From a virus (taxonomy: Duplodnaviria; Caudoviricetes): 56,601 nucleotides of DNA. Below the pieces are notes generated by a model, which did no database searches, was not told where the DNA came from, and saw nothing but the letters and a program-made list of their open reading frames with translations. This document shows positions 17,901 through 24,524 of the stretch, piece by piece. The stretch's first letter is position 1. The number at the start of each line of letters is the position of its first letter. Both the position numbers and the translations under genes were made by a program. Location of the stretch: positions 1 to 56,601 of IMG/VR virus record IMGVR_UViG_3300032240_001377; one strand, given 5' to 3'.

Positions 17901-20128
17901 TGATGATCTCCGAGGTAAACGCCGCACGTAACATGGTGGCTGCCATGCGGGACAAGCTGGATGGGCACGAGCGCCAGATCGACAAGAACGCCAAGGTGAT
18001 AGGGCGGAACGGTAAGCCTGTCGGTCGAGGCAGGGCCATCGCTGAACTGGATGCGGAACTGAAGAAGAAGTTCAGGGAAGGCGCCGAGTTCATCACCTAC
18101 AAAATGCTGAAGAAGCACATCGCCGCACTGGAGACAGCCATTGGTGACCGCGAGAAGTCCATGGTGCGGGAGCGGGTTACCGAGGAGGAATCCTTCAAGG
18201 TGTCCATGGTGAATGCCTTGGGTGGTGGTGTCATCTCGTCCATCCTGTCCGCCCCGGCCCCCATGATTAACAACATGCTTGCCGTGGTGACCGATCCTGT
18301 CCGTATCGGAATGATGGTGGGAGGGCCGTTGACCGCCATCAACTGGGCTGGACGAGGGGCCATGAGTGCCCTCAAGTACAGCTTCCAGAAGCTGGTGAAC
18401 GGTGTGGTCGATGCCACGGGTGTTGTCCTGAGCAGGGATGCCAAGGCCAAGCTTGCTGAGATGGCCTCGTTCATCACCGGGTCGATGCTGGATACCCGGT
18501 CCAATCTTGAACGGTCTGGAACCATCGACGCCCCGGAGTCGTTCACGTCAATCTGGTCCAGGTACAAGAACAACCCCGCTGCGTTTGGCAGGGCCACAAG
18601 GGCGCGTGAGACCGAGTTCTCAAAGAACTTCTCGCGGGTAATGACTTCACCCTTGTTCGCCTACGGGTTCCTGCCCGCCATGGGTGAGTGGCTGAAGCAG
18701 AAGGCCCCAGGGTCCGGTGACCGTATGGTCAACTACGTCAACGCGAAGATGGGGACACTTATGGCCAACCGTTACGCGCCATACCTGTGGAACTGGGTGA
18801 ACGAGCAGGACGGCACCACTGTTGAGGAGAAGATCCGGTCCGCCATGGAAGCTGGGGCTCTCCGTGGATCGGACCTTGGTGTCTCCGACGAGGCCATGGC
18901 CAACATCCGTGACATCCTTGGACCCGCTGGATCGCTGGAGAAGCTGGCCTTGGACTACTACCGTGCCAACCCGAATGGTGCGAAGGGTCCGCTCCTGAAC
19001 CAGTCCCAGCGGGAAGGGGTTGAGTTCGAGATCGCTGCCATCACCAACAAGGAGACCGACTCCACCCGTCCTGACATCACCAAGGGCGGGGCTGGGATGG
19101 AGAACACCTTCCGACGGATGCTGTATCTCTTTGCCCGTTACATCCTCCAGCACATGGGGGTGAACAAGCGGGTGTTCGGGATCAAGGGCGGGGATGGTGG
19201 TGGGCTGGGCAAGGACCTGAAGAAGGGGCTGGGCTATCTGTTCGTGCTGGCCATGACCCTGTTGGCCGGTTCTCTGGCCCTGCCCATCAAGCAGCTTGCC
19301 CGTACATTGCTCCAGCGGGAACCGCTTACATCGCCCACCATCGTACAGGCGTTCGATTCTCCTGAGATGGCCGGGAAGTACCTGGCCAGTGCGGCCATGG
19401 GCGTGCTGCCGGTGGGTGCGGCTGCGGTCGGGATGGCTTTGACCGGGAATGGGGTGAATGGACCCATCACAGCAAACTTCTTCGACAGCAACCCGATTGC
19501 TGGTGCTGCCAACAACCTGATCCAGGCGGCCACCTCGGCCTACCAGACCAAGGACATCACCTACCCTGCACTGGACCTGGCCCGGAAGACGTTCTGGTTC
19601 AGCCAGCCCCTCATCAACGCTGCTATGCCGGGAGACACCATGGCCCGTGAGGCGAATAGGGCTGTCCGTACTGCGGCCACCGGGCTTGAAATCCGTCCTC
19701 AAAGTGGTGGTGGTATGGGACGGTCCACGCCGGTTACACCGTTTGTCAGGGATGCAGTGGCGGCCACCTACGAGGGCAACGCTGAAGCCTTTGCTGCCGC
19801 CAAGCAGAAGGCCATCGACTACTACGTGAGCCAGGGCAAGACGGCCAAGGAGGCTGAGGCCCGGTTCAACTCGTCGGTCAGTGGGCGTGACCCGTTCAGG
19901 AGCGTGTTCGGAAGGACTCCCACCGCAGACGAGACGGCCACCGTCCAGCGCCGGCTTACTTCCGGTCAAGCGGAGACGCTTTCCAAGGCCAACTTCTCCC
20001 GTCCAGCCAGGCTCAGGAAGACCAAGGGAAGTGTCAGCCTGCGGAAGAGGAGGAAGTCGAAGGGGTACACCGGGCTTCGGAAGCCTTCTTCACGGCGCGT
20101 GCGATTGCGGCGCGTTGCCTATTCCTGA
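8978..20128 (+). CDS. Giant (3716 aa) polyvalent internal virion / ejection protein
   Basis: Cys-free; HELFH zincin motif; VVVDRHIAR glycosylase-like motif; YSV/FSV module ends; C-terminal hydrophobic helices and basic tail. Confidence 0.8.
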   Translation: MPIYTVTEDSTGRSIDFDGESPPDQSTVDQAFRNYDAFKIAQAGPRGSRERRVASAQVTAQNSQDAFAKESGGSTSSPFTSAIASLGAGASEGGSKIIKSIGRFASYLPESMGAGIADSPVPADQMTAAAILERSDNNPLVQAGQSLEDQGKATYPVNPKYPWANLPGSAIASGLSVVAAGPLAVPAYAAQSFESGLQDSRDAGATPEQAIQQGAVEALTGAATEASLGLVPFLHEAAKGVTRGFLKPTAKAIVGEAIQEPTEGILNRLSAKYLTQTQPGIDPFDPQTIAMEAAGGAIGAGAISGGFTGANQYQRGQRLAQIRQYRADPLAQLANQVENGPMGSSPQYQLEQQLRQMPRAEAPRGILNLQPNFPIAGPSQDETASGIGQIQDQSVQTPFDQLRNRAIRAQRRANVEQGLTMEQPSQPVEQPVQQVGQYPAEGFGTGAIVSPEEQARRDAVRARVEQANAQQAEQARAEALRQQNLQAQALVVAARQAEAERQAEVLARYERMKARPISTPFLDAQLPQPVQAPLVQTDQGLTEVVQPEGQTPMDDLIARLRAVRAQTPATASGGFTPGGALQAVGGITADFGGLKMSVIPSPDDPSIGFVTGLSGSGVAGKLNEIKAALNNAGFRDIQYRPDNEDGRSAARVRLFESLKAKIASQSITPSNENQVPQAGSLPNVKGQPSQTSAEVQATPGTAQQKGANPEVAEPVYPVGFKPFIDENGIVVERWRPSRFDLNNPPAGVDVGIADFYSRGGGSYMWRAVGDGELVKLLSRSKTYGGGVSGRGNYLAAYPEKAAKWDPEQQSKYLIEFAGAKPSGETSKNKLTLDNVTRILVRENGQWRALTDQERQELVYQKPPTPSGVRLRKEPISRSNPAAAQRLATLGQAAPSSEGAASSAFGVRSYGGTTITREQVASHNQEVEKRAAAGDPTAIRVQKLIASVDTDQGVGRFAGYATLPDSGKNKALAYYSTSLYRQIGKWLDGGEFKFQPLAVSRSATSSSGKTQAVQMEAKTVGETPLGEDTAETNLTRSSEPIVQQVPLAKPVKLQEESVKTILDLQRELGVSSESLVRIIHAFQDQNTSDLDDQELAALEAATPTLNKLRNVQYSVAGEAAPFYSRLVRTVEQSQQGKATGAQWKALIKNSKLGTNSDEFALVGVNDLEDGKTYTKAEVLEYLNANQVAVKDVTLGEGLSGDAQKRFEEIQLRYRILTDEMAGNRFQRENREITLEESRRNASRLSAERSNLDDEMNAINRQRSETHFSSYQLPGGKEGSYREVLLTVPGSNTSGKSGAELEDWKRQAAIKYGPNWNRQDLTWFERQKLDEFTIPTSWVDGHSQYSSITNPIVRLRFNERTTADGKRMLFLEEVQAPQKAQFEKMPALFQKNWREIAFKWALRHAADNGFDSVGWTTGEQQAERYDLSQQVKRIEWNSVRERPGQVLLTVFNTNDSRVMNEWMPVEKVESVVGKEIAAKILNEPNGTLQGDGLKIGGEGLKKLYDSDFRNVVNGLPAVKKSGQKVGMAEINKPGGIGQWRYEGPLLLPEEVRAIARKQDVRVEQQLNDIANSVLNGTDLHDAVEQLGSASAARALGGTLVPVDKTLPIHAIAITPAIRDSVMGGQALFSVGSSLSTLIREPLGLERTQEAVNQWKAVHGGQDIAIRVVDDPNLKTPDGRTVAAQVEMVPGGVPIITINASQVGSAAEVHEKIWHELFHPVWNDPSVQQAWGEVMQSVDQRMVEGQLARGYSPEEAAMEAAIDLAAMKAGDKKVRSAWKRFLDKVWNAMKKAFGFEVRPNNFEALMISALRQASRPWNGQQQNQYNQDVAALDKAHLEAVARGDMATAQRLVDEAAKRAGYSTAKPGNNASKRNSLRVKLSRQALTDLALSQANWRDWYKEHQDTLNAFFGSDAGLFQKILAITSQAASVKANVGLALKAFAQFKQGLAFDGYLPAVIGNLNALRAETQIQGRKIGAYTSANEGQTDAVVVDRHIARMLFGVDTPSAAQFAKAARVLTEIANEIGWEPRQVQAALWAASIVKSGKQPQSYGQYLKQLNSNGTLAERIGHVVDRSSEIYGIGGSGVADSGGISTETEGSKSADPVTYDDAGKVVLLSQRFNPQNKDIRYSVANNLYVTSPTKFNTIAANGQTEAVAAQGQVSSAIVPESTLKVVSDLEAKQDRNPVENATLKALKGVSNIAQVAAAADQLRANVDGMPSYTTINQLPEEFKSVGAQSVMATHFYLNQFRKSIRTQMERASNDVATLSQELADLTPDRLLATLTSHEADEMLVNLQKFLDVEQGKLGTSTASRTREELDKASAAIVGMRRKIEAISAGLQAMAKEMPLADFDSPAAVKAWLESRMADKNLPLLMGQDVFQTIRVALNKDSTLHNRLSMVRGLMADTQAAKKELEGLAKQLGSGKPAVVLKRIIEMKGDARAVLDNVRRLDLRLDRAMNKIEGLTEAGNVMDQMQVDPSYQERVKSAFDYAGFKYSGVIRFDDQPSGNQTLRAPDGTEYRINFSPDFAVERQNLDTLGKWMEKTLDALTNPESPQYITDPATRTSYANTMAFVSRFLMDKRGLVESAWADAGSVQTMNAILGAPEKLVQLKFLLGDHLNTRFNLYRNLAGRAGLDLVNRSRAIDRFMAEVKNILDATRTQNAAARRKAILSHGLNPDDPADYELWNSTVNSWILSQNQNPGSRPVQEGVHVGMGLEVTKEDIAFAGLQHKFSRAISEAYSGIIGEDMVQDPNAPGYNPEETLFGQVFSRKAMQFGFATGRKFSHAGREYTKLWMDARSKDLAEYKASVAAAPEGTEVPMVYTERKKVAEESMEGHVYAHIRESNPEYTSTADKGLREAYRDVANAIRSGADFRSITDLSMALAEAMTTDEKDVGAFEAEQSLMKALDRDVVNYNMAAEVVGSTSPNETVTDLPPALRSIKTAKGALVKARGKMVAPSFFYDYSIGTDLDRSSMVQMGKQALMISEVNAARNMVAAMRDKLDGHERQIDKNAKVIGRNGKPVGRGRAIAELDAELKKKFREGAEFITYKMLKKHIAALETAIGDREKSMVRERVTEEESFKVSMVNALGGGVISSILSAPAPMINNMLAVVTDPVRIGMMVGGPLTAINWAGRGAMSALKYSFQKLVNGVVDATGVVLSRDAKAKLAEMASFITGSMLDTRSNLERSGTIDAPESFTSIWSRYKNNPAAFGRATRARETEFSKNFSRVMTSPLFAYGFLPAMGEWLKQKAPGSGDRMVNYVNAKMGTLMANRYAPYLWNWVNEQDGTTVEEKIRSAMEAGALRGSDLGVSDEAMANIRDILGPAGSLEKLALDYYRANPNGAKGPLLNQSQREGVEFEIAAITNKETDSTRPDITKGGAGMENTFRRMLYLFARYILQHMGVNKRVFGIKGGDGGGLGKDLKKGLGYLFVLAMTLLAGSLALPIKQLARTLLQREPLTSPTIVQAFDSPEMAGKYLASAAMGVLPVGAAAVGMALTGNGVNGPITANFFDSNPIAGAANNLIQAATSAYQTKDITYPALDLARKTFWFSQPLINAAMPGDTMAREANRAVRTAATGLEIRPQSGGGMGRSTPVTPFVRDAVAATYEGNAEAFAAAKQKAIDYYVSQGKTAKEAEARFNSSVSGRDPFRSVFGRTPTADETATVQRRLTSGQAETLSKANFSRPARLRKTKGSVSLRKRRKSKGYTGLRKPSSRRVRLRRVAYS
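10989..11111 (+). CDS. Overprinted 40-aa basic peptide (+1 frame inside giant gene)
   Basis: MKTKSLKQVRYLMSKVSPLKPAQKSKLRRELHSKKVRIRK; GC3-biased codons in this frame; G-poor leader. Confidence 0.55.
   Translation: MKTKSLKQVRYLMSKVSPLKPAQKSKLRRELHSKKVRIRK
15117..15281 (+). CDS. Overprinted 54-aa acidic helical peptide (+1 frame inside giant gene)
   Basis: MDNTSSSSIQTEPSRNELDMLLIEAQRSMELAEAGSLILEESQQRLKDPSRPTQ; A/C-rich leader. Confidence 0.45.
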   Translation: MDNTSSSSIQTEPSRNELDMLLIEAQRSMELAEAGSLILEESQQRLKDPSRPTQ

Positions 20129-20438
20129 CGGACGGATGGGATAGATGGGCGAACGGCTCCTGTCCCCCCATGGACCGCTTGACGTACTTCCGGATGGCCG
20201 CCCAGTCCGAGAAGGTGAACCCGCAGCCTTTCAGGAACTGGTCCACCACACCCACCTCCACAGTGGCCCATGAGGTGAGGGTGGCCATGTACTGGACGTA
20301 CCCCTTGGCCAGACCGGACCGTTCAGCTATTGAGTCAAGCGTGGCAGGGATGCGCTTCCTCCCAGGCTCCCGGGCCACCATACGGATCACGCATGGAGGG
20401 AACTCGTCTAGGGTGGAGAGGAGGGATGGGGTTTTCAC
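20034..20438 (-). CDS. HTH DNA-binding protein
   Basis: TLDSIAERSGLAKGYV HTH-like segment; ends the leftward operon. Confidence 0.5.
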   Translation of the reverse strand: MKTPSLLSTLDEFPPCVIRMVAREPGRKRIPATLDSIAERSGLAKGYVQYMATLTSWATVEVGVVDQFLKGCGFTFSDWAAIRKYVKRSMGGQEPFAHLSHPSVRNRQRAAIARAVKKASEARCTPSTSSSSAG

Positions 20439-21133
20439 CCCACCACCCCCATCCTGACAGCCAGCTTGGCCGTCAACTCAAGGTCGTTCTCAAGGTATGC
20501 CAGGGCCTGCTTCTGATCGGTCTGGTACAGGTCCCAGAAGAATGCGCCGGACCCGTTCTTCTGGCCCAACCCCAGCGACTTGCTGACCGCATCCAGGTTG
20601 TACCCAGCGAAGTCCCGCCCCATCACCAGCTCTGGCAGGAGGTCCCGGAACTTCTCGGCCCAGTTGGCCCGTCCGTTGTACCGGATCCAGTGGAGTGGCT
20701 GCACCTTGTGGACAATGGCCCGGAAGCGCAGGAACGGCAGGTCAAACCCGTGGATGTTGAAGCCGATGCACTGGATCCGTTCACTAATGGTATGGTTCAG
20801 CCAGCCAACAGCGTCACCTACCACCTGCTTCTCGTCTGTGCCGTGGAAGATGATGGGCGGACTCCAGCTAGGCTTGATGCCAACAGCCACCACCCTGCCA
20901 GTCAACGGGGATAGGGCGGCCTGGCTCATGTACCGGGCCTTCTTGTCCTCGATGGACGCCTTCATCTTGTCCGGGTCCTTCAGGTTGGCTGCCGGGGCGA
21001 ACTCCGGAATCTGGGAGAGAAGTTGGTCCTCGGGCAATGGGGCACTCTCAAGGTCAAAAACACACCACAATTCAGATGAACGGGTTGATTTCGGTGGCAG
21101 TTCAGTGTCTTCTAATGGATCGCCTGTATTCAT
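20435..21133 (-). CDS. DnaQ-like / PolB-type 3'-5' exonuclease
   Basis: ExoI VFDLE, ExoII GFNIHGFDLPFL, ExoIII YLENDL. Confidence 0.8.
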   Translation of the reverse strand: MNTGDPLEDTELPPKSTRSSELWCVFDLESAPLPEDQLLSQIPEFAPAANLKDPDKMKASIEDKKARYMSQAALSPLTGRVVAVGIKPSWSPPIIFHGTDEKQVVGDAVGWLNHTISERIQCIGFNIHGFDLPFLRFRAIVHKVQPLHWIRYNGRANWAEKFRDLLPELVMGRDFAGYNLDAVSKSLGLGQKNGSGAFFWDLYQTDQKQALAYLENDLELTAKLAVRMGVVG

Positions 21134-21674
21134 TGTAATTACTCCTATAACAAATGGCGCATAAACCATTTCCAATGTGCTTGGCTTCTGATTTACCGCA
21201 TTGAGCACAAGATTTATGCTTCTTTGACCAACCAATTTTTGGTTGTCTGCTTTGCATTTCGTTCCAGTGAATCTTTATGTGATTAGACTGGCTCATTACT
21301 TCCAGATTTTCTATCCGGTCGTCATCTATAACCCCGTTCTTGTGATGCACTATCTCTTCTGGTTCCAAGAACCTTCCGATATGCTTCTCAACAACTAGCC
21401 TGTACCTGTAAACATGACTTCCGCAATAAGAAGGATTTGGGTGGTTTGGCGAGTAAATCAATACTCTACCATGCCCGTCAGTAATTTGACCACCTTTCCA
21501 GTTAGGATTATGCTCTCCTATGTTGGATATTATCTCTCTACCAACAAGGCTCCCATACTTTTTGAGTCGCTTTCTATGTGTCTGGCAAAGGCCAAGATTA
21601 CACATTGCTCTTCCGCAGTTAGGAACACTGCAAATACGTGGAACAGATCCATCTGCAATCTTTTTTCTTCCCAT
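21102..21674 (-). CDS. HNH endonuclease with Zn fingers
   Basis: RLVVEKHIGRFL...VHHKNG..DDRIENL; N- and C-terminal Cys clusters; AT-rich. Confidence 0.8.
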   Translation of the reverse strand: MGRKKIADGSVPRICSVPNCGRAMCNLGLCQTHRKRLKKYGSLVGREIISNIGEHNPNWKGGQITDGHGRVLIYSPNHPNPSYCGSHVYRYRLVVEKHIGRFLEPEEIVHHKNGVIDDDRIENLEVMSQSNHIKIHWNEMQSRQPKIGWSKKHKSCAQCGKSEAKHIGNGLCAICYRSNYNEYRRSIRRH

Positions 21675-21692
21675 AATAATTCAAAGGAAGAG

Positions 21693-21870
21693 AGCCACCC
21701 TCATGGTAGCACCTGGTCAGAGTTGCGGAGTGAAGAAGTCCTCCGACCAGCATGAGGGTGGCTGAAAGCCGTATTTGCTATCGCCTCCGCCATGTTCTTT
21801 CCGGTGCTACCCGAGAGGACTTTCGTCCCAAGAACAAGTGATTGGTATTTCATGGGCAGTGGCGAGTCAA
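21693..21870 (-). promoter_or_regulatory. Promoter plus structured leader RNA
   Basis: TTGACT at 21870-21865; branched hairpin; 13-bp stem AGCCACCCTCATG/CATGAGGGTGGCT; 9-nt internal complementarity. Confidence 0.5.
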
Positions 21871-21914
21871 GAAATTCATGCGCGTATCCACGTCGCGCCC
21901 CGGTGGGAATGGGC

Positions 21915-22577
21915 TTAGAACGGTGCGTAGTCGTCTTCGGGAGGCCCGTCATCATGGGTGCTCGTCGGACCCTGCTGCGACTGGGAACTGTTCCCGCCCC
22001 GGGCGAGCAGCAGCTTGTACTCCTCGGACTCCGTGACCATCTTCTTGATCCAGTCCGGGAGACCCACGCCCTCCAGGTCGGACGCCTCGTCCAGATCTGA
22101 CACCGAGAACTTGTACGGGGTGATGGTGGCCTTCGGGTACGGCTTGCTGGCCGGAAGGATGGTGTTGATGTTTGAGTACAACCCACCGCCAGCCTTCTTC
22201 TCCTTGTGCATCACCTGGAGCAGGCACGGCTTGCCCAACGTGGCGGAGATGTCGAATGTCGGAAGCTCCTCGGCCGTGAACGGCTTGCCTCGCCAGGATT
22301 CCAGGATGGGGCGGAGATGGCTGTTCTCACCGAGGCTGGCGGTGAAGGTACGGGACAGGGTGCGTGGAACCAACCTGCCGGGTTCAGCCTCGAACGGCTT
22401 CTCATTGGGAAGTTCAAACTCGAAGACGACCTTGCGCTTCGGTTTGTGGTACGTCTGGTCGATGTGGGTTCCCACGTCGAACATGTAGACGAGCACGGCA
22501 GGATGGAGCCCTGCTGCGACCCGTGGAGTGGAGTTCCCTGAAGCCCCGGGGACAAAGGGGTTCTTCTTCTCAGTCAT
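21915..22577 (-). CDS. Phage single-stranded DNA-binding protein
   Basis: Beta-rich core (LGKPCLLQV..Y.NI) and acidic DDYAPF C-terminus. Confidence 0.6.
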   Translation of the reverse strand: MTEKKNPFVPGASGNSTPRVAAGLHPAVLVYMFDVGTHIDQTYHKPKRKVVFEFELPNEKPFEAEPGRLVPRTLSRTFTASLGENSHLRPILESWRGKPFTAEELPTFDISATLGKPCLLQVMHKEKKAGGGLYSNINTILPASKPYPKATITPYKFSVSDLDEASDLEGVGLPDWIKKMVTESEEYKLLLARGGNSSQSQQGPTSTHDDGPPEDDYAPF

Positions 22578-22635
22578 AGATGCCTTTTGGAACCGGCCCG
22601 AAACGATAACAGGCTCTGTCCTTATTGGCGGGGAC

Positions 22636-22701
22636 ACACTGGTCCAGGACCCATCCACCGTCAAGAGGGAACTTGACAAATGTCTGGATCCCACCAAGGC
22701 T
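22636..22701. promoter_or_regulatory. Back-to-back divergent promoters
   Basis: GTCAAG-N6-CTTGAC gives TTGACG-17-CAGTGT leftward and TTGACA-17-AAGGCT rightward. Confidence 0.5.
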
Positions 22702-22712
22702 GGAAGCCGTCG

Positions 22713-23000
22713 ATGAAGTTCAACCGTAAAACCATGGAGAAGCTGGACTGGACCGCACAGGATGCCGTGCTGGCCCGCAAACTGCGCTGTTCCGCCACCA
22801 CCATCTGGCGCTGGCGCCGCCGTCTCCTCAAGTCCAACCCTTCCACCTACCGTGCCCATCCTTCCCTGTCCCATGTACCCAAGAGAGCTGGATGGGACTG
22901 GACCAAGACCAATGCCGAGCTGGCCAGGGAGAACAACCTGACCCGTCAGCGTGTCCACCAGATCCGGGCACAGCTCAAGGCACGGAAGGTCATCGCTTGA
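22713..23000 (+). CDS. Tandem HTH protein
   Basis: Two repeats, LDWTAQDAVLARKL and WDWTKTNAELAREN, each followed by a recognition helix. Confidence 0.65.
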   Translation: MKFNRKTMEKLDWTAQDAVLARKLRCSATTIWRWRRRLLKSNPSTYRAHPSLSHVPKRAGWDWTKTNAELARENNLTRQRVHQIRAQLKARKVIA

Positions 23001-23452
23001 ACCCGCTTCAATTCCAGAGGGTGGTGGCCCACCGTCCCGACATCATCCAGAACCCGGCCCTCTACGAGGCCATGATGACGCTGGACCTGTTGCTGGCCCA
23101 ACTGGATGCCGGTGTTCCGCAGATGGAGGTGGAGGCAAGGAAGTGGCCGGTCGATCCTGTCCTTATTGAGGAGCTGGTCTACGAGTCCTGGAGACGACCG
23201 TCCTTCTCTGAACTGGAGATCCTCTGTGCATCCGGTGCCCAGTTCATCTTCTCCACCACCCAGCAGAAGAAGGAGAAGAAGCGCCGTTCCAGCTACCGTG
23301 TCTGGAAGGGCGTGGTCTGCACCCGTCTGCTGAAAGCACTGTGCTACAAGCGGTGCCCCATCTTCCTAACCCCTGCCCAAGCCGCCCACATCATCACCTT
23401 CGGACTTCAAGACCTACTGCTCCCCCTATGGCTCATTCCCTCATTGCCCTGA
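22997..23452 (+). CDS. Hypothetical protein
   Basis: TTG start overlapping the upstream stop; GC3-biased codons. Confidence 0.55.
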   Translation: MNPLQFQRVVAHRPDIIQNPALYEAMMTLDLLLAQLDAGVPQMEVEARKWPVDPVLIEELVYESWRRPSFSELEILCASGAQFIFSTTQQKKEKKRRSSYRVWKGVVCTRLLKALCYKRCPIFLTPAQAAHIITFGLQDLLLPLWLIPSLP

Positions 23453-24042
23453 CCGGCTACTCCCGATCCGGAAAGGACACCGCCGCTGATGCCCTGGTGG
23501 CCATAGGCTACGAACGGCGGGCATTTGGCGACATCATCAAGCGGTTTGTGGCCGAGGACCAGTCGTTCATGTTCAGCCATTTCCGCCATTGGCTTCTGGA
23601 TACTGCGAGAACCCAGTCCAGGATCAGCGAGATCGCCTACGGGTGGAGTCTGGTGAAACTTTGCGGGGTGGACCCGTTCACCCAGGACGACGAGGTGAAG
23701 CCGCTTTTGCGGGCACTGTTCGAGGACTACGGGATCTGGCGCTACGATGAGGTGGTCCAGCAGTTCTTCTCGTCCCTGCCTGAGAAGTGCGTCAACTCAA
23801 GGCTCTGCCGGGCCGAGGAAGCCATCCAATGGAGGCAGAAGGGAGGCTTGATCGTGGAGGTGATCCGGCCTAGCAACCGGCCCCACACGGAAGTTGAGGG
23901 CCAGTGGATGACGGAGCTTCACGTCCAGGGACTGGTGGATTCCATCATCAAGAACAACGGCAGCCCGGCCCAGTTGTCTAAAGCCATCGTGGCCATGGCG
24001 GATGGAGCTGTCTCAGGGATGGTCAGCGCAGCCAGCTTTTAG
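23428..24042 (+). CDS. Deoxynucleoside monophosphate kinase-like
   Basis: IALTGYSRSGKDTAA P-loop, AFGD.IK, IKNNGS. Confidence 0.75.
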   Translation: MAHSLIALTGYSRSGKDTAADALVAIGYERRAFGDIIKRFVAEDQSFMFSHFRHWLLDTARTQSRISEIAYGWSLVKLCGVDPFTQDDEVKPLLRALFEDYGIWRYDEVVQQFFSSLPEKCVNSRLCRAEEAIQWRQKGGLIVEVIRPSNRPHTEVEGQWMTELHVQGLVDSIIKNNGSPAQLSKAIVAMADGAVSGMVSAASF

Positions 24043-24097
24043 GGCCAGTCAAGACAACAGCATCCGAACTCTCCATTCCCACCGTTCCGCCTCGGTA

Positions 24098-24286
24098 TCA
24101 CTCAGCCCCGTCCCGGTGGACCAGTCCAGAAGAGGGTTGTGGTCCGAACATTCCACCGAGTCCTCCTTCAACCTGTCGCAGTCGAGCAAGGAGATGGAGT
24201 GCGGCGAGTCTGTCTGGTGTGATGGGTCCATGGGTTGATACAGCTTGAAGCCAGTGGACGATGGCCTCCTTGTCATTGTCTGTCAT
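24098..24286 (-). CDS. Hypothetical protein
   Basis: Follows the upstream gene directly in the leftward operon. Confidence 0.4.
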   Translation of the reverse strand: MTDNDKEAIVHWLQAVSTHGPITPDRLAALHLLARLRQVEGGLGGMFGPQPSSGLVHRDGAE

Positions 24287-24287
24287 C

Positions 24288-24524
24288 TCACTTGCGTTTG
24301 AAGTGGGCCACAGGACGGACTGTCTTTCCGGTTGGGATCTTGAAGACCTTCTTCTCGATCCTGCCAGTCTTCTCAAGGGCTTCCAGCCTGGCCTTCATGG
24401 TGTGCTTGGATATGCCTGCATCGTCCGCCATACCCACCACAGTCAACCACCCAGAAGGCACCTTGTCCGCCCGGTCCTTGACCAGTTCGTTGTGAAGCTG
24501 CTCTGTCCAGTGAGGCTTTTTCAT
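24288..24524 (-). CDS. Winged-helix DNA-binding protein
   Basis: GWLTVVGMADDAGISKHT...L...G.IE. Confidence 0.55.
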   Translation of the reverse strand: MKKPHWTEQLHNELVKDRADKVPSGWLTVVGMADDAGISKHTMKARLEALEKTGRIEKKVFKIPTGKTVRPVAHFKRK

